Positions 9,049-18,955 of a DNA stretch of 64,000 nt are shown here, one piece after another. A program made the position numbers and the translations under genes. Below the pieces are notes generated by a model that saw only the letters and a list, made by a program, of their open reading frames with translations, did no database searches and was not told the DNA's origin. The stretch covers positions 1-64,000 of the forward strand of contig DATLXU010000079.1 in assembly GCA_035575515.1 (NCBI GenBank), given 5' to 3'. Source of the stretch: Blastocatellia bacterium (lineage in GTDB: Bacteria > Acidobacteriota > Blastocatellia > UBA7656). Each line of letters starts with the position of its first letter. The stretch's first letter is position 1.

Positions 9049-10719
9049 TCAATACCTCGCCCATTTGAACTGCGCTGAACGCTCGCCAGTCGTCGGATTG
9101 TAAATAGTGAAAGTCTCCTGCTCGCCTTTCGGAAACATCCTCCTGATCGTTTTCTTGCCGAGATAAACGCTCAAGCGCGTCAGCGTCCCGTTTGCGAGTG
9201 CGTACGAATCATCATAGCTGATGCTGGAAAGCGGCACGCCGTTGACCTCGATGATCGCCGAGCCGTTGATGAATCCCAGCCCGTCAATCGTCACGTCCTT
9301 CTTGGTGATGCTCACGCTCGCTATTTCCGGTCTGTGCGGCTGAGGCGCCGCATTCGTCAAAGCGTTGTAAGCGTTCACGCGGCCAGAGCTTAAAATCCTC
9401 GACGCGAGCGCGATGGTCGGCTCGGCGGTCGAAACTATTCGCTGCTTCACCTCAGCCGGAGTGAGTTGCGGCTCGCGGGACCACAGGAGCGCGGCCACGC
9501 CAGAAACGAATGGCGTTGCCATTGACGTGCCGCTGAAATTGCCATAGCTGTTGCCCGGCAGCGTGCTTATGATTGACTGGCCTGGCGCGGCGACGCTCAC
9601 CGTGCCGTGACCGTAATTCGAGAATGAAGCGATAGCGTCGTTCGCATCTATTGCGGCGACCGATATGGTGTTTGAAAGCTCTTTGCTGTAAGCCGCAGGG
9701 TAGTCGGGAGTCTGGTCAACGTCTTCGCCGTCGTTGCCAGCCGCGCAGACAAACAGAATCCCAGCCTGACCTGCTGCCGCTATCGCGTCGCGCAACGATT
9801 GCGAGTAGCCGCCTCCGCCCCAGCTCGCGTTAATCACGCGGACGTTCACGCCGCGCTTGCGCTGTTCGATTGCGTAATTGATTCCCGCGACCGCATCAGC
9901 AGTCGAGCCGCTGCCTTTCGAGCCGCCTAAAAATTTCAGCGACATCAATCGAACGTGCCACGCGACGCCGGTCACGCCAATGCCGTTATTGCCTTCGGCT
10001 CCGATTATTCCGGCCACATGCGTGCCGTGCGAGTCGTCGCTCGCTTTCTTGAAAACGCCTTTGTCGTCATCGTAGAAGTTCCAACCGTTCACGTCATCAA
10101 TAAACCCATCGCCGTCGTCATCCAGGCCGTTGCCCGCAATCTCGTTCGGATTGGTCCAGATATTCGCGGCGAGGTCTTCGTGCGCAACGTCAACGCCGGT
10201 GTCGAGCACCGCGACAACAACATCGCTGCTGCCTGTCGTGATGTCCCACGCGCGGGTCGCGTTGATGTTTGGATTGGTCTGGTTATTCTGGCATAGCAGG
10301 CAGCCGACGCTCGACAGCCCCCACATATCTTTGAAGTACGGATCATTCGGCTGAGTATCGTTCGCGTAGAGCAGGTAATCAGGCTCGGCGTACTCGACTC
10401 GCGGATCGGCCTTTGCGCGCTGAACCGCTTCTTCAACTGTCATCTGGCCGTTGAGCTTGAATCGTATCAGTCCCGGCAAGATTTGCTGGCGTTTTGTTAT
10501 TGGTTCAACTTGCGCGCCGCGTGCGGGCAATATCTCTTCGGCAATCTGTTCGGGAAGCTCGAACTGCGCCGCGTCGTCTTTGACTTTGATTAATATCTCG
10601 TCTTCGACGTAGAGCGGGCGAGGCTGCTCGCGCGGCCTCGAATAAACATTTCCGTGCGGGGTGAAAGCGAAAGAGCTTATGACGAGGCATAAGCAAACGA
10701 CCAGAAACTTCTTCATCAA
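9049..10719 (-). CDS. secreted subtilisin-like serine protease (peptidase S8) with a C-terminal extension
   Basis: Catalytic triad motifs VAVLDTGVD, HGTHVAGIIGA, GTSMATPFVSGVAALL. N-terminal signal peptide. Confidence 0.8.
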   Translation of the reverse strand: MMKKFLVVCLCLVISSFAFTPHGNVYSRPREQPRPLYVEDEILIKVKDDAAQFELPEQIAEEILPARGAQVEPITKRQQILPGLIRFKLNGQMTVEEAVQRAKADPRVEYAEPDYLLYANDTQPNDPYFKDMWGLSSVGCLLCQNNQTNPNINATRAWDITTGSSDVVVAVLDTGVDVAHEDLAANIWTNPNEIAGNGLDDDGDGFIDDVNGWNFYDDDKGVFKKASDDSHGTHVAGIIGAEGNNGIGVTGVAWHVRLMSLKFLGGSKGSGSTADAVAGINYAIEQRKRGVNVRVINASWGGGGYSQSLRDAIAAAGQAGILFVCAAGNDGEDVDQTPDYPAAYSKELSNTISVAAIDANDAIASFSNYGHGTVSVAAPGQSIISTLPGNSYGNFSGTSMATPFVSGVAALLWSREPQLTPAEVKQRIVSTAEPTIALASRILSSGRVNAYNALTNAAPQPHRPEIASVSITKKDVTIDGLGFINGSAIIEVNGVPLSSISYDDSYALANGTLTRLSVYLGKKTIRRMFPKGEQETFTIYNPTTGERSAQFKWARY

Positions 10720-10907
10720 TACTACCTCAATCGCGCAACGGCCTGACGTTGCCGCGCTGATGATTTACGCACATGAATGCCGGAGCCATCGCAACTTATT
10801 AGGTTGAGCGGGGTTCGAGGACAACCGAGACACAACATAATTATAGATGGTTTGCGCGCGTGCGGGCAATAATCACAACAGAATTGCAGCAAGTTGTCGG
10901 CGTCGTT

Positions 10908-11225
10908 CTACAGCTTTTCCAGATCATCCTTCGCGCACAGCACGCGAGGTCGTTTCGGGTCTGACAAATCCATCTGGTCCCAGCGGACTTTGTAGCGGCG
11001 GGTTTTGCCTATGCCGAACCATCGGAACAAACGAAAGCCACCTGCGAGCGCCGACAATCGTTCAAGCAATGCGTAAGGGCCGAGCAGGTATTCTTCGATG
11101 ACGTTTTCATCACCCTCTTGTTTTGTATGAAACTCTTCTATTCGCCCGACCGTCTCGCCGTTTAAATCCGTCACGCGCCGCGACAGCAGCAACTCGATGT
11201 GGATTTCACTATCAGCCATGCTCAC
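10908..11225 (-). CDS. small PRC-barrel-like protein
   Basis: Weak: DLNGETVGRIEEF pattern; translationally coupled to 11222..11581. Confidence 0.35.
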   Translation of the reverse strand: MSMADSEIHIELLLSRRVTDLNGETVGRIEEFHTKQEGDENVIEEYLLGPYALLERLSALAGGFRLFRWFGIGKTRRYKVRWDQMDLSDPKRPRVLCAKDDLEKL

Positions 11226-11581
11226 GCTCCCGGTATGCGCCCGATTATTTTTTCATTCACCCACTTCTCCCACGAGATGAGCGGCGTCTTCTCCCATTCC
11301 AGATCAACTTCGACATCAATGCCAACCTCACGCACCTTTGACCAAGGGATTCTGTAAGGCTCGCCCTCGCTTACCTTGAGCCTTCGCTCAAGAGCTGCCG
11401 CCCACTTTGCAAGCCTGGGGTTCAAACGGCGCGCGAGCGCGACTGTTCCGACTTCGATGTAAGCCACTCGCGGCGGCTTGCCTTCGCGCAGCGCGACTAT
11501 GATGCCGTCAACTTTCCCTATGCTATTTTGATTGCGATCAACCAGTTGCTTGTCTAACACGTCGCGGATCAGATCTCCCAT
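11222..11581 (-). CDS. PRC-barrel domain protein
   Basis: VDRNQNSIGKVDGIIV.. pattern typical of PRC barrels. Confidence 0.45.
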   Translation of the reverse strand: MGDLIRDVLDKQLVDRNQNSIGKVDGIIVALREGKPPRVAYIEVGTVALARRLNPRLAKWAAALERRLKVSEGEPYRIPWSKVREVGIDVEVDLEWEKTPLISWEKWVNEKIIGRIPGA

Positions 11582-11582
11582 G

Positions 11583-12797
11583 TCAGCCTCCGAAGATTTG
11601 AAGCGGGATAGTCACAACCGCCAGCACGCACGCAAGGATGATAATCAACGTCACAACAACGTTGCTGATGATTCCGTTGCGGTGCTCGCCGACGTAGCGT
11701 TTATCATTCATCAAAATCAAAAAAGGCATGATCGAAAGCGGCAAAGTCGCCGCCGTCAGCGCCATCGAAAAAATGGTCAGCTTCAAGGGATCAATCCCCA
11801 CCAACACCAGAAGCGCGCCCGCGAAAATAGTCACGGTGTAAACGAGGCTGAATCGCGCCGCGTCTCTAGGCTTCTGGTCTTCGCCCCAGTTCCACCCGAA
11901 CGCCTGCGCTATGAAGTAGGCAATCTCTAAACTTATCTCCTGCGCCGCGCCGAAGCACGCGATGCCGAGCGATGCGGCAAATAAAATGAACCCCCAGTAG
12001 CCAAACGCTGGTGTCAGTATCAGCGCGACTTGATCGTAATGATCAACCTGAATGCCGCGCGGCATGAACACAATGGCTGAAACCACGAGCACTGCCATCG
12101 AGATGGCGCTGCCGAAGCTCATCCCCAAACCAGCGACGGCGCGGTTTGTGCCTAAGTAGCTTTCATCCCACTTATCTTCGATAGCGCCCGATGAGTAGAA
12201 GAACATCAGGTAAGGCGTGATTGACGCGCCGAGAATGCTCACGGCGATGAACCAGTAGCGGGCTTCGTCTTTGGCGGGCAGACTCGGCACCAATCCTGTG
12301 GCGACATCATTCCAAGGCGGGTAAAGCCAGTAAGCGCCGACGACGAAACATAGAGTGACGAGTCCGAGCAGCGAGGCTCCTTTTTCAATGACGCTGAACG
12401 TGCCTTTCCAGATGAGCAACCAGATGAGAAAGGCGACGGGCAAGGCCCACCACTGAAAAGCGATGCCTGTGACAAGCTCAAGCGCGATGCACACGCCGCC
12501 GATTTCAGCCGCGAGCACGAGCAGAGTCACGAGTATGAATCCGATCATCGGGGCTACGAAGAAGTTAAAGCCGAACCGCTCGCGTATCGCGGCGGGTATC
12601 GTGTGATGGCTGACGGCGGCGAAGCGGCCCGACATCTCAACGAGAAAGATTATGCACAGCCCGCCGAGCGCGATTGCCCATATCAACTGGAATCCGAACA
12701 GCGCGCCCGCCTGCGCCGCAGTTGTCAGTGAGCCGATTTCAAGGAAACCGCCGATGCTCGTTACGATGCCGAGCGCGACTTCAAATATTTTCTTCAT
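11583..12797 (-). CDS. Nramp-related divalent-cation transporter (divergent metal site)
   Basis: About 11 TM segments. TAAQAGALFGFQLIWAIAL aligns to Nramp TM1 (..DLQAGAQYGYRLLWVVLL). GASITPYLMFFYSSG aligns to the TM6 A-x-x-M-P-H region. The DPGN and MPH metal-binding residues are replaced (EIGS, TPY). Confidence 0.55.
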   Translation of the reverse strand: MKKIFEVALGIVTSIGGFLEIGSLTTAAQAGALFGFQLIWAIALGGLCIIFLVEMSGRFAAVSHHTIPAAIRERFGFNFFVAPMIGFILVTLLVLAAEIGGVCIALELVTGIAFQWWALPVAFLIWLLIWKGTFSVIEKGASLLGLVTLCFVVGAYWLYPPWNDVATGLVPSLPAKDEARYWFIAVSILGASITPYLMFFYSSGAIEDKWDESYLGTNRAVAGLGMSFGSAISMAVLVVSAIVFMPRGIQVDHYDQVALILTPAFGYWGFILFAASLGIACFGAAQEISLEIAYFIAQAFGWNWGEDQKPRDAARFSLVYTVTIFAGALLVLVGIDPLKLTIFSMALTAATLPLSIMPFLILMNDKRYVGEHRNGIISNVVVTLIIILACVLAVVTIPLQIFGG

Positions 12798-13219
12798 CGA
12801 GTCGTGTCGCCGTAGCCTTTCAGTATTTGAGCGAGAGCATCTTCCACAGAAGACAACTGTCCCATCTGTTGCTGCACGCGAGCGCGGTCGCTCGCGTCAA
12901 TTGCGGCTTTCGTCTCTTCGACTTGACGGCGGAGACTTTCGGTCTGCGCCGCGATATGCGCGCGCGGCTCGTCAGGTATTGATGATTGAATCGCGCTCAT
13001 CTCTTTCTCTAGCGCCTGCGCCGTTGCAGCCATCGTGTCGCTCGCATAAGGCTTCGGCGCAGCGCCCGCCACATAAGCTTCGGCTGTCATTCGTGCCGCC
13101 GCTGCCCACGATTGAATAGTCTTTATCTCTTTCGTTGCTTTATCGCGCGGAGAGCCACATCCCTCCAAAAAAAGCAGCAACAGGATTGTGAGTGTTAACG
13201 CTCGCTTAATCGCCATCAA
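12794..13219 (-). CDS. small lipoprotein (LEGC lipobox)
   Basis: MMAIKRALTLTILLLLFLEGCGSP signal/lipobox. Overlaps the Nramp start by 4 nt. Confidence 0.45.
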   Translation of the reverse strand: MMAIKRALTLTILLLLFLEGCGSPRDKATKEIKTIQSWAAAARMTAEAYVAGAAPKPYASDTMAATAQALEKEMSAIQSSIPDEPRAHIAAQTESLRRQVEETKAAIDASDRARVQQQMGQLSSVEDALAQILKGYGDTTR

Positions 13220-13247
13220 TTATCAGTTGCCTTTGACTGCCTAATGC

Positions 13248-14068
13248 TTACTGCCTGCTCCCTTCTGCCTTCACAAGCACTCTCCGCTCGGACTCTCTGA
13301 GCCAACCGACGAAGAACATCAGCCCCGCAAAAATGTAAACGAGCCCGGCGGGAATCCACATTATCAGCCCGCCGAGTTGCTGGTCTTCAATCGGTGTGAG
13401 CCCCCACGATTGAGTTGTGTTGGAGTAGGCCGGATACACAAGGGCTGAAGCAAAAGTAATCAATGCTCCAAGCACGCCGCTGTGGACCGATGTCGTGAAC
13501 ATATAGAGCACCGCTGCGCCATAGTTCATCAATCCTCGACGGCTGTGAATGACCGCCCACCAGAACAGCAGCGCCGAGCCGAGAAAGCTCAGGTGTTGCA
13601 GTGTGTGAACCCATTCGTTATCAATCGTCGCCTGAAACAACGCGGGCGCATGCCACACCCAAAGCGCCGCCGCGTGAATCGCCCACGCCGCGAGCGGGTT
13701 CGTTATCGCGCGCCACGCGGATTGAAAGGCTCTTGCTTTGCTCAATTCTCCCGCTTTGCGTCGCCATCCGATGGGGAGCGCCCACAGGAAAGCAATCAAC
13801 GGCCTTGCCAAAATCAGCAGCGGCGCGGCGACAAGCATCAGCACTTCGTGTTGAGTCATGTGCGCCGAAAACAAAACGCGGCCCATCGGATGAAGCGGTG
13901 ACACAAGCGCAATGAACAGCGCGAACCAGCCGCCCGCATAACAGGCAGCTTCCCACTTGCGAATGCCGCGACCCGCCGAAGACTCTCGCCACAATCGCCT
14001 TACGCCTCGAATGTACAACCACGCCGAAAGCGCGAGGCACACAATGACAACAGGCTCAAAGCCCCACA
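13248..14068 (-). CDS. ctaG: caa3-type cytochrome c oxidase assembly factor CtaG-like (Caa3_CtaG family) membrane protein
   Basis: Polytopic membrane protein with conserved His residues (HPMGRVLFSAHMTQHE, WHAPALF, HTLQHL). ATG at 14068 (MWGFEP). The upstream 87 codons of the track ORF lie in repeat DNA and are rejected. Confidence 0.55.
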
Positions 14069-14100
14069 TCGTTAAAAGGTCGCGCGGCGTGTGAGGCTTA

Positions 14101-14330
14101 CCTTCATGGGCAAGGCAAAAGGAAAAGGGAAAAAGGCAAAGAGCAAATGTCAAAAGGGACTTTGATATGGCGACTCGGAAAGTGAACGACGCCGCGAAAC
14201 CGATTGTATGACTTGTGTTTTCGAGCTTGGATGAAAGCGATGCCGCCGTGTCTTCACATCTCCATCTCTCCGCGTCGTACTTTATTTTTGCCTTTTGCCT
14301 TTTGCCTTTTACCTTCATTTTTGACACGGT
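14101..14330. repeat. Long interrupted inverted repeat built from GGCAAAA/GGAAAAG tandem units (14105-14160) and their complement TTTTGCC x3 (14285-14320)
   Basis: Read directly. It lies between the small TM gene and the ctaG-like start, i.e. intercistronic. Confidence 0.45.
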
Positions 14331-14695
14331 CCCAAAATGAAATTAGGAATCGCCTGAGCAAGAATGGCGAGAAAAAACAATGTGCTGACCAGTAACGCGA
14401 GGACGGCCATGAATCGGCTGCGCCCGATTGTATTGCTCGATTCATCAGGCCACTGTTTTCCCGCGCGCAGCCACTCGCGCCATGCGACAAGTAAGCCGCT
14501 TGCCGCTAACAACAACGCGCCGAGCGGAATGATATACAGCGCAAGAGCGTGACCCGTCGCGCAGGCCACCGGCACGAGGATGTAACTCACTTGCAGATTC
14601 AGCAGCCACGCGACTGGTCCTGCGAAAAACGCGAACCACAGAGCCAGCAATCCGCCGCCGCTTGATAAATCTTTTGCCGTCTTTTCCATCAACAA
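14315..14695 (-). CDS. small 3-4 TM membrane protein in the oxidase operon (subunit IV-like?)
   Basis: Hydrophobic profile; position between ctaE and ctaG-like. Confidence 0.4.
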   Translation of the reverse strand: MLMEKTAKDLSSGGGLLALWFAFFAGPVAWLLNLQVSYILVPVACATGHALALYIIPLGALLLAASGLLVAWREWLRAGKQWPDESSNTIGRSRFMAVLALLVSTLFFLAILAQAIPNFILGPCQK

Positions 14696-14696
14696 C

Positions 14697-15305
14697 TCAC
14701 CAAGCGCGAGGGCTGAGGTAAATTATCGGATAGAGCACCGCCCACGCGACGACGACGAAGTACCAGTAGATCGCCGTCACGCTCAAATCCAACCTGTGCT
14801 TTTCGTCGAGCCGATGCGTGAAGACCCACGCGGTTAAAACGAACGTTTCGCCCGTCGCCGCAATCAGATGACCTAAATGCAAACTGAGCGCCGCCCACGC
14901 AATCGAGCCGTAAGCGTTGGCGTCCCACTTCACTTTCAGCGCGTTGAATTCAAAAAAGCGCAAAGTCACCGCCGCGATTAGAAACATGCTTGATACGACA
15001 AGCCCGATCTGGATACTTCGCTGGCTGCCTCCGCGCACCGCCAGCAAGTGCACAGCGATTTCCGGCGCGAGGCTCACTATCATCACAATGAGATTAATCG
15101 TCGGCAAAAGCAGGTCGGGGTCCGGGATTGGTCGAGGCGGCCACGCCGAGAAACTTTTGCTGATGTAAAAATAGCTGCCTATAACGATGGCGAACATCGT
15201 CGCTTCGGTCACAATCATTAGCAGGTTTCCCCACCACAGAGGCGCACGGCTGCTGTAACCGTGAAGCGGCAACTGCGATACGTCTAAGCCTGGTCGCTCT
15301 TTCAT
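14697..15305 (-). CDS. ctaE: cytochrome c oxidase subunit III
   Basis: WWGNLLMIVTEATMFAIVIGSYFY..HL motifs of the COX3 family. 2-nt gap to the small TM gene. Confidence 0.8.
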   Translation of the reverse strand: MKERPGLDVSQLPLHGYSSRAPLWWGNLLMIVTEATMFAIVIGSYFYISKSFSAWPPRPIPDPDLLLPTINLIVMIVSLAPEIAVHLLAVRGGSQRSIQIGLVVSSMFLIAAVTLRFFEFNALKVKWDANAYGSIAWAALSLHLGHLIAATGETFVLTAWVFTHRLDEKHRLDLSVTAIYWYFVVVAWAVLYPIIYLSPRAW

Positions 15306-17251
15306 AACTCGTCCTCAAGCGGCTCGCGCGTTTGACCTGGCAGGTTCGGCTCAGGCCGGTTGCCCGACCAGAACCACCCAATGAGCGCAATGGCGCAAAG
15401 CGTCCCGCCTATGGGAATGCCCCACGGTGTGAAGATGACGACGATGAACGTGACGCCCACGCCAAGCGCAAGCATCAAAGGCCAGATAGATGGGCCGGGC
15501 ATCTCGTAGCGTCGGTCTGGTTCCGCGTCGAGCGGATTCGTGAGCAGCACCTCGCGGCACTCGCTGCGAAGCCCTGTGACGACTGGCGTGTCTGCGGTTC
15601 GCGTCCACATCGGCGTGCGACTGTTCACCGTCGGCGGAAAGACGAAGTTGTAAGGCGGCGGAGGCGACTGCGTGTCCCATTCGAGCGTGTCCGACTCCCA
15701 CGGATTGTTGCCCGCCGCAAGCCCGTTGCGGCAGCTCCATAAAACGTTGGCGATAAATATCACAACGCTTGTGGCGATGATGACCGCGCCGATGGAAGCG
15801 AGCGCGTTCAGATTGGCCCAGCCCGTGCCTTCCTGATATGTGTAAACGCGGCGCGGCATTCCCTGAAGTCCTAGCTGGTGCATCGGAAAGAACGTCAGGT
15901 TGAAGCCTATAAAGAGCAGCCAGAAATTCCACTTGCCCACGCGCTCGCTCAGCATTCGACCTGTCCATTTCGGGAACCAGTAATAAAAAGCGCCAAAGAG
16001 AGGAAAGACCGCGCCGCCTATCAGCACGTAATGAAAATGCGCGACGACGAAGAATGTGTCGTGCACCTGAAGGTCGAGCGGCACAGCCGCAAGCATCACG
16101 CCCGTCAGCCCGCCCAAGACGAACAGGGCTATGAAGCCGAGGATGAAAAGCATCGGCGTGGCAAATCGTACTTTGCCGCTCCACAGGCTTGCGAGCCAGC
16201 AGAAGATTTGAATGCCGCTCGGAATCGCAATCATCATGCTCGCTGCGGTGAAAAAACTCTGGCCGAGCTGCGGCACATCGGTGGCAAACATGTGGTGCAC
16301 CCACAGGCCGAAGCCTATGAAGCCAGTCGCGACGAGCGAGAGCACCAATGCAAGATAGCCGAAGGTCGGACGGCGTGTGAACGAAGGCAGCATCGTCGAG
16401 ACAAGGCCAGTCGCGGGGATGAAGATTATGTAAACTTCCGGGTGGCCGAAGAACCAGAACAGGTGCTGCCACAGCATCGGGTCGCCGCCTTCAGCCGGAT
16501 TGAAAAAGTGCGTGCTGATGAGCCGGTCGGTTGCCAGCATCGAACTCGACAACATGACGGCAGGCATAGCGAACAAGACCATGAACGATGTAATAATCAT
16601 CGCCCACACGTATATAGGTATGCGGTTGAGCGACATCCCCGGCACTCGCTGCTTGAATGCGGTGACGATGATTTCGATGCCGCCGACTATTGCGGCAATC
16701 TCGGTGAAGGTTATCATCTGCGCCCAGAAGTCAACGCGCTTGCCGGGCGAGTACTGCGGCCCGGAAAGCGGCACGTAGCTGAACCATCCCGTGTCAACGC
16801 CGATGTTCAGAATGAAAGCGACGTATATCATCACGCCGCCGATAAGATAGACGTAATAGCCGAAGGCGTTCAGTCGCGGCAGCGCCACATTGCGCGTGCC
16901 TATCATCAGCGGCACGAAGTAAAGCCCTAAAGCTTCCATAATCGGCACGGCGAACAAAAACATCATCGTCGTGCCGTGCATCGAGAAGAATTGATCGTAG
17001 AGGTCGGGCCCAAGTATTCGATTTTCGGGCCGCGACAACTGCAGCCGTATAACAGCAGCCTCGATGCCGCCGAGCAGGAAAAAAATGAAAGCCGTGATTA
17101 TGTAACGCCGCGCGATGGATTTGTGATTCGTCGTCGTGAGCCAGCCCCAGAGTCCCGGCGGAGATGCCCACGTTCTTTCGAGAATCGCGCGCTCGCGCTC
17201 CTCGCGGGCGCGCACGTCGTCTGTTGTAACTGTCGCGGACTCGACGTTCAT
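15302..17251 (-). CDS. ctaD: cytochrome c oxidase subunit I with ~100-aa C-terminal 2-TM extension
   Basis: HKSIARRYI, WFFGHPEVYI, HFHYVLIGGAVF, GMPRR heme-copper oxidase signatures. 4-nt overlaps on both sides. Confidence 0.9.
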   Translation of the reverse strand: MNVESATVTTDDVRAREERERAILERTWASPPGLWGWLTTTNHKSIARRYIITAFIFFLLGGIEAAVIRLQLSRPENRILGPDLYDQFFSMHGTTMMFLFAVPIMEALGLYFVPLMIGTRNVALPRLNAFGYYVYLIGGVMIYVAFILNIGVDTGWFSYVPLSGPQYSPGKRVDFWAQMITFTEIAAIVGGIEIIVTAFKQRVPGMSLNRIPIYVWAMIITSFMVLFAMPAVMLSSSMLATDRLISTHFFNPAEGGDPMLWQHLFWFFGHPEVYIIFIPATGLVSTMLPSFTRRPTFGYLALVLSLVATGFIGFGLWVHHMFATDVPQLGQSFFTAASMMIAIPSGIQIFCWLASLWSGKVRFATPMLFILGFIALFVLGGLTGVMLAAVPLDLQVHDTFFVVAHFHYVLIGGAVFPLFGAFYYWFPKWTGRMLSERVGKWNFWLLFIGFNLTFFPMHQLGLQGMPRRVYTYQEGTGWANLNALASIGAVIIATSVVIFIANVLWSCRNGLAAGNNPWESDTLEWDTQSPPPPYNFVFPPTVNSRTPMWTRTADTPVVTGLRSECREVLLTNPLDAEPDRRYEMPGPSIWPLMLALGVGVTFIVVIFTPWGIPIGGTLCAIALIGWFWSGNRPEPNLPGQTREPLEDEL

Positions 17252-18282
17252 TTGAGGCTCTCCAAGTAAGCGAGCAACGCTTGCAGTTCTTCCGGGCTGA
17301 GCATGTTCTGCGGCATGCGATTGCCGGGCTTCACCGATTGCGAATCAACGACCCAACGCGCGAGACTATCGTGAGCGAAAGGTATTGTCCCGGCCGCGAT
17401 TGTCTGACGGCTCGCGACGTGAGTGAGGTTTGGCCCGACGTGAGCGCCTGCGGGCGTGCCTTGAATCGTGTGGCAGAGCACGCATGACTTCGTGAGAAAT
17501 ACCTGCTGGCCGCGCGCCTGCAATTGGTCTGCAGGTTGAACGGAAGGCTTGCGCTGGTTTTCGAGCCACGCCTGAAACTGATCGGGCGGCTCAGCGATGA
17601 TAAAGAAAGCCATGTGAGCATGTTGATGGCCGCAGAACTCTGCGCACTGGCCGCGAAACGTGCCGGGCGCGTCTGCCTGAATCGTCGTGATGATTTCGTG
17701 ATCGGGTATGAGGTCTTTCTTGCCGTGAAGACTGGGAACCCAGAAGCTGTGAATCACGTCGTGCGAAGTCAGCTTGAGCATCACGGTCTGGCCTGTCGGA
17801 ATATGAATCTCGTTTGCAGTCGTCACGCGTTGGCTCGCAACCGGGTCTTCGTACTCAACCTCCCACCACCACTGATGGCCTGTGATTTTGATCGTCAAAA
17901 AATCTCCCGAAGGCGGCGGCGAAATTGCTCTTCCAGTCAAGACGCTTGCGACGAGAAGGCCGAATAAAGTTACTACTGTCACGGCGACAGCAATCGAAAC
18001 CGCTCGCGCCATTCGTCGCTCGGCATTCTCATCTGTAGCTGCGTTGTTTCTGCGGCGCGAGCGATAGGCTCCATAAAGCATGAACGCTACGACAAGCACG
18101 AAGACAATCACGCTGACCGTAAACAGCAGCCACCAGAGATTGCCGATGCGTTCGGATTGCGGGCCTGCGGGGTTGAGCGCCGAGTGATTCCCCCCGCAGC
18201 TTGCAAGCGACAGGCAAGCCGCCGCAATCAGAATGCGCAGCGCGGCTACATTCAAACGCGGCTTGATTGGGTGGCTCATCAT
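17248..18282 (-). CDS. ctaC: cytochrome c oxidase subunit II, caa3-type (CuA domain + C-terminal c-type haem CVLCH)
   Basis: CuA ligands HSFWVPSLHGKKD...CAEFCGHQHAHM. C-terminal CVLCHTIQG haem-binding motif. Confidence 0.85.
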   Translation of the reverse strand: MMSHPIKPRLNVAALRILIAAACLSLASCGGNHSALNPAGPQSERIGNLWWLLFTVSVIVFVLVVAFMLYGAYRSRRRNNAATDENAERRMARAVSIAVAVTVVTLFGLLVASVLTGRAISPPPSGDFLTIKITGHQWWWEVEYEDPVASQRVTTANEIHIPTGQTVMLKLTSHDVIHSFWVPSLHGKKDLIPDHEIITTIQADAPGTFRGQCAEFCGHQHAHMAFFIIAEPPDQFQAWLENQRKPSVQPADQLQARGQQVFLTKSCVLCHTIQGTPAGAHVGPNLTHVASRQTIAAGTIPFAHDSLARWVVDSQSVKPGNRMPQNMLSPEELQALLAYLESLK

Positions 18283-18824
18283 TTATGCTCGGCTTTCTTT
18301 TCTGTCAGCGGCTGCTGAGGCATTTCCTGCTCCGAAGGCTTCATGTTCATGTGATCGCTGCGCGAAGGCGAAGCGTCTTTCGGAGTCTGGCCCGCGAGCG
18401 AGCGGACATAAGCGACCAGCTTCCAGATTTGATCGCTTGAGAGCTTATCGCCGAAAGCGGGCATTCCGTTTGGGCGGCCTTCGGCAATCGTGTCGTAGAG
18501 GTTCTGCGGGCTTGCGCCGTAAATCCACTTCTCGTCCATCAATGCAGGCCCGATTGCCCCACCGCCATGGGCGTGACAGCCGACGCAGTTGAACCATTCG
18601 AAGAGCGTCTTGCCTTCAGACATCGCGTAGGCGTTTCCTTCATACGGATTGACGACCTGCGGCTGCGCGACATGCGGGCCGGGCTGTAGCTCTGTCTGTC
18701 GCACTGGAGTGTTCGGAGGAGATGAGGGCGGCGTCGTTTTGAACTGCCGCTTCTCTCTCTCACACGAGACAAAAGCCAGCGCAGTAATGATTGATATTAA
18801 CAAGATGCTTTTTACTAATCGCAT
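18279..18824 (-). CDS. mono-haem class I cytochrome c (probable electron donor)
   Basis: Signal peptide, CVGCHAHGG (CxxCH), distal Met region GMPAF. Confidence 0.75.
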   Translation of the reverse strand: MRLVKSILLISIITALAFVSCEREKRQFKTTPPSSPPNTPVRQTELQPGPHVAQPQVVNPYEGNAYAMSEGKTLFEWFNCVGCHAHGGGAIGPALMDEKWIYGASPQNLYDTIAEGRPNGMPAFGDKLSSDQIWKLVAYVRSLAGQTPKDASPSRSDHMNMKPSEQEMPQQPLTEKKAEHK

Positions 18825-18836
18825 TCAATGCCTGTG

Positions 18837-18877
18837 TAGGGGCAGGGCTTGTCCCTGTCCGGATTGCCGAAGGCAAT
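18837..18877. repeat. REP-like element: taGGGGCAGGGCTTGTCCCTGtCC + hairpin ggATTGCCgaagGGCAATg
   Basis: Same palindrome family as at 7075; read directly. Confidence 0.55.
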
Positions 18878-18955
18878 GATAAAGATTCGCCATCGGACAA
18901 TTTAATCAATGCTCAAAGTCATCGCGCTTTCGCGCGATTCGGGTCGAGACCTGCC

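Noticed and set aside
14069-14327. N-terminal extension of the ctaG-like ORF (MSKMKVKGKRQKAKIKYD...)
   Set aside because: It is translated from the GGCAAAA/TTTTGCC repeat hairpin, giving lysine-rich low-complexity sequence. Conserved membrane-protein sequence only starts at MWGFEP (14068).
15351-16930. Long antisense ORFs (373 aa and 350 aa) inside ctaD
   Set aside because: Arg/His-rich high-GC antisense artefacts opposite a highly conserved subunit I gene.
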